NCBI GenBank assembly: GCA_964291625.2
Contig: OZ220089.1
Span: 2,944,001 to 3,008,000 of the forward strand
Origin: Candidatus Latescibacterota bacterium
Lineage (GTDB): Bacteria; Latescibacterota; UBA2968; UBA8231
Reading direction: 5' to 3'
DNA: 64,000 nt
Positions 63,666-64,000 of this stretch are shown one piece after another. How positions within the stretch are numbered: position 1 is the stretch's first letter; each line of letters begins with the position of its first letter. The translations under genes were made by a program, and so were the position numbers. The notes under the pieces were generated by a model. It did not search any database, was not told the origin of the DNA, and was given only the letters and a program-made list of their open reading frames with translations.

Positions 63666-64000
63666 ATGGATTTCCTCCCATCAGGTGGTGAATGTGAAAC
63701 AGTTTGAAGGCCTTGCGTATCCTGTGAGGAAGGGGTGGTCGGGGACTGTATGGGTCAATGAATCGGCGTCGGGCCTAGCCCAGAGGGAGTGTGGCGGCCC
63801 ATTTTGGGAATAAAGGCGGGCGATTGGACCGGGTCAACCTTCAGTGGGGCAGTCGCGCCGTGAAGGAAGGGGGTAGGGAAGATGGGCAGCAGAAGCGGGC
63901 CAAGGCCGGGGAAGAGATGAGCGAGGTGGCAAGCGGAGAGTGCTTGGGGGTGCATCCTTGACAGGAAGACGGGCAGCCTATACAGCAGGAGAGGTGGAAG

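Noticed and set aside
63755-64000. ORF 63755-63955 and a TTGACA...TATACA promoter-like element at 63958-63984
   Set aside because: ORF has no recognisable features; promoter spacing is 15 nt and any downstream gene is outside the window

Overview
GC-rich bacterial window. Protein families and C-terminal motifs suggest a Latescibacterota/Poribacteria-like, possibly host-associated lineage (inference only). Most of it is catabolic and accessory genes: a beta-lactamase-fold hydrolase, cyclodeaminase, hydrolases, Gfo/Idh/MocA oxidoreductases, xylulokinase, glyA, enolase-superfamily, SelA/DgaE-like and dimethylglycine dehydrogenase-like genes, and an ABC exporter. Three regions stand out. (1) A ~21 kb co-oriented minus-strand envelope cluster (9954-31454): PPIase lipoprotein, two paralogous ~900 aa putative outer-membrane proteins, three paralogous secreted proteins with a shared FTPNGDG-type Ig C-terminal domain, a small secreted protein with its own promoter, terminator and 'SWGRIK' tail, two GT-C/TPR glycosyltransferase-like genes and a DUF6785-like membrane protein. 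This is a candidate undescribed secretion/surface-display or uptake system. (2) A lower-GC 1549 aa Mrr-like nuclease plus STAND ATPase (Avs-like defence) gene beside a decayed P4-type integrase (43433-48778). (3) A lower-GC four-gene operon (60724-63665): SocA/Panacea-like, 3-TM, PD-(D/E)xK-like and TGT-like Zn-site barrel proteins, a candidate new defence or nucleic-acid modification system. Also seen: a MazEF-like cassette with an internally deleted toxin and flanking imperfect direct repeats, and a frameshifted NHL-repeat gene. No tRNA, rRNA or CRISPR array was found by eye. All family calls come from motif recognition, not database searches.
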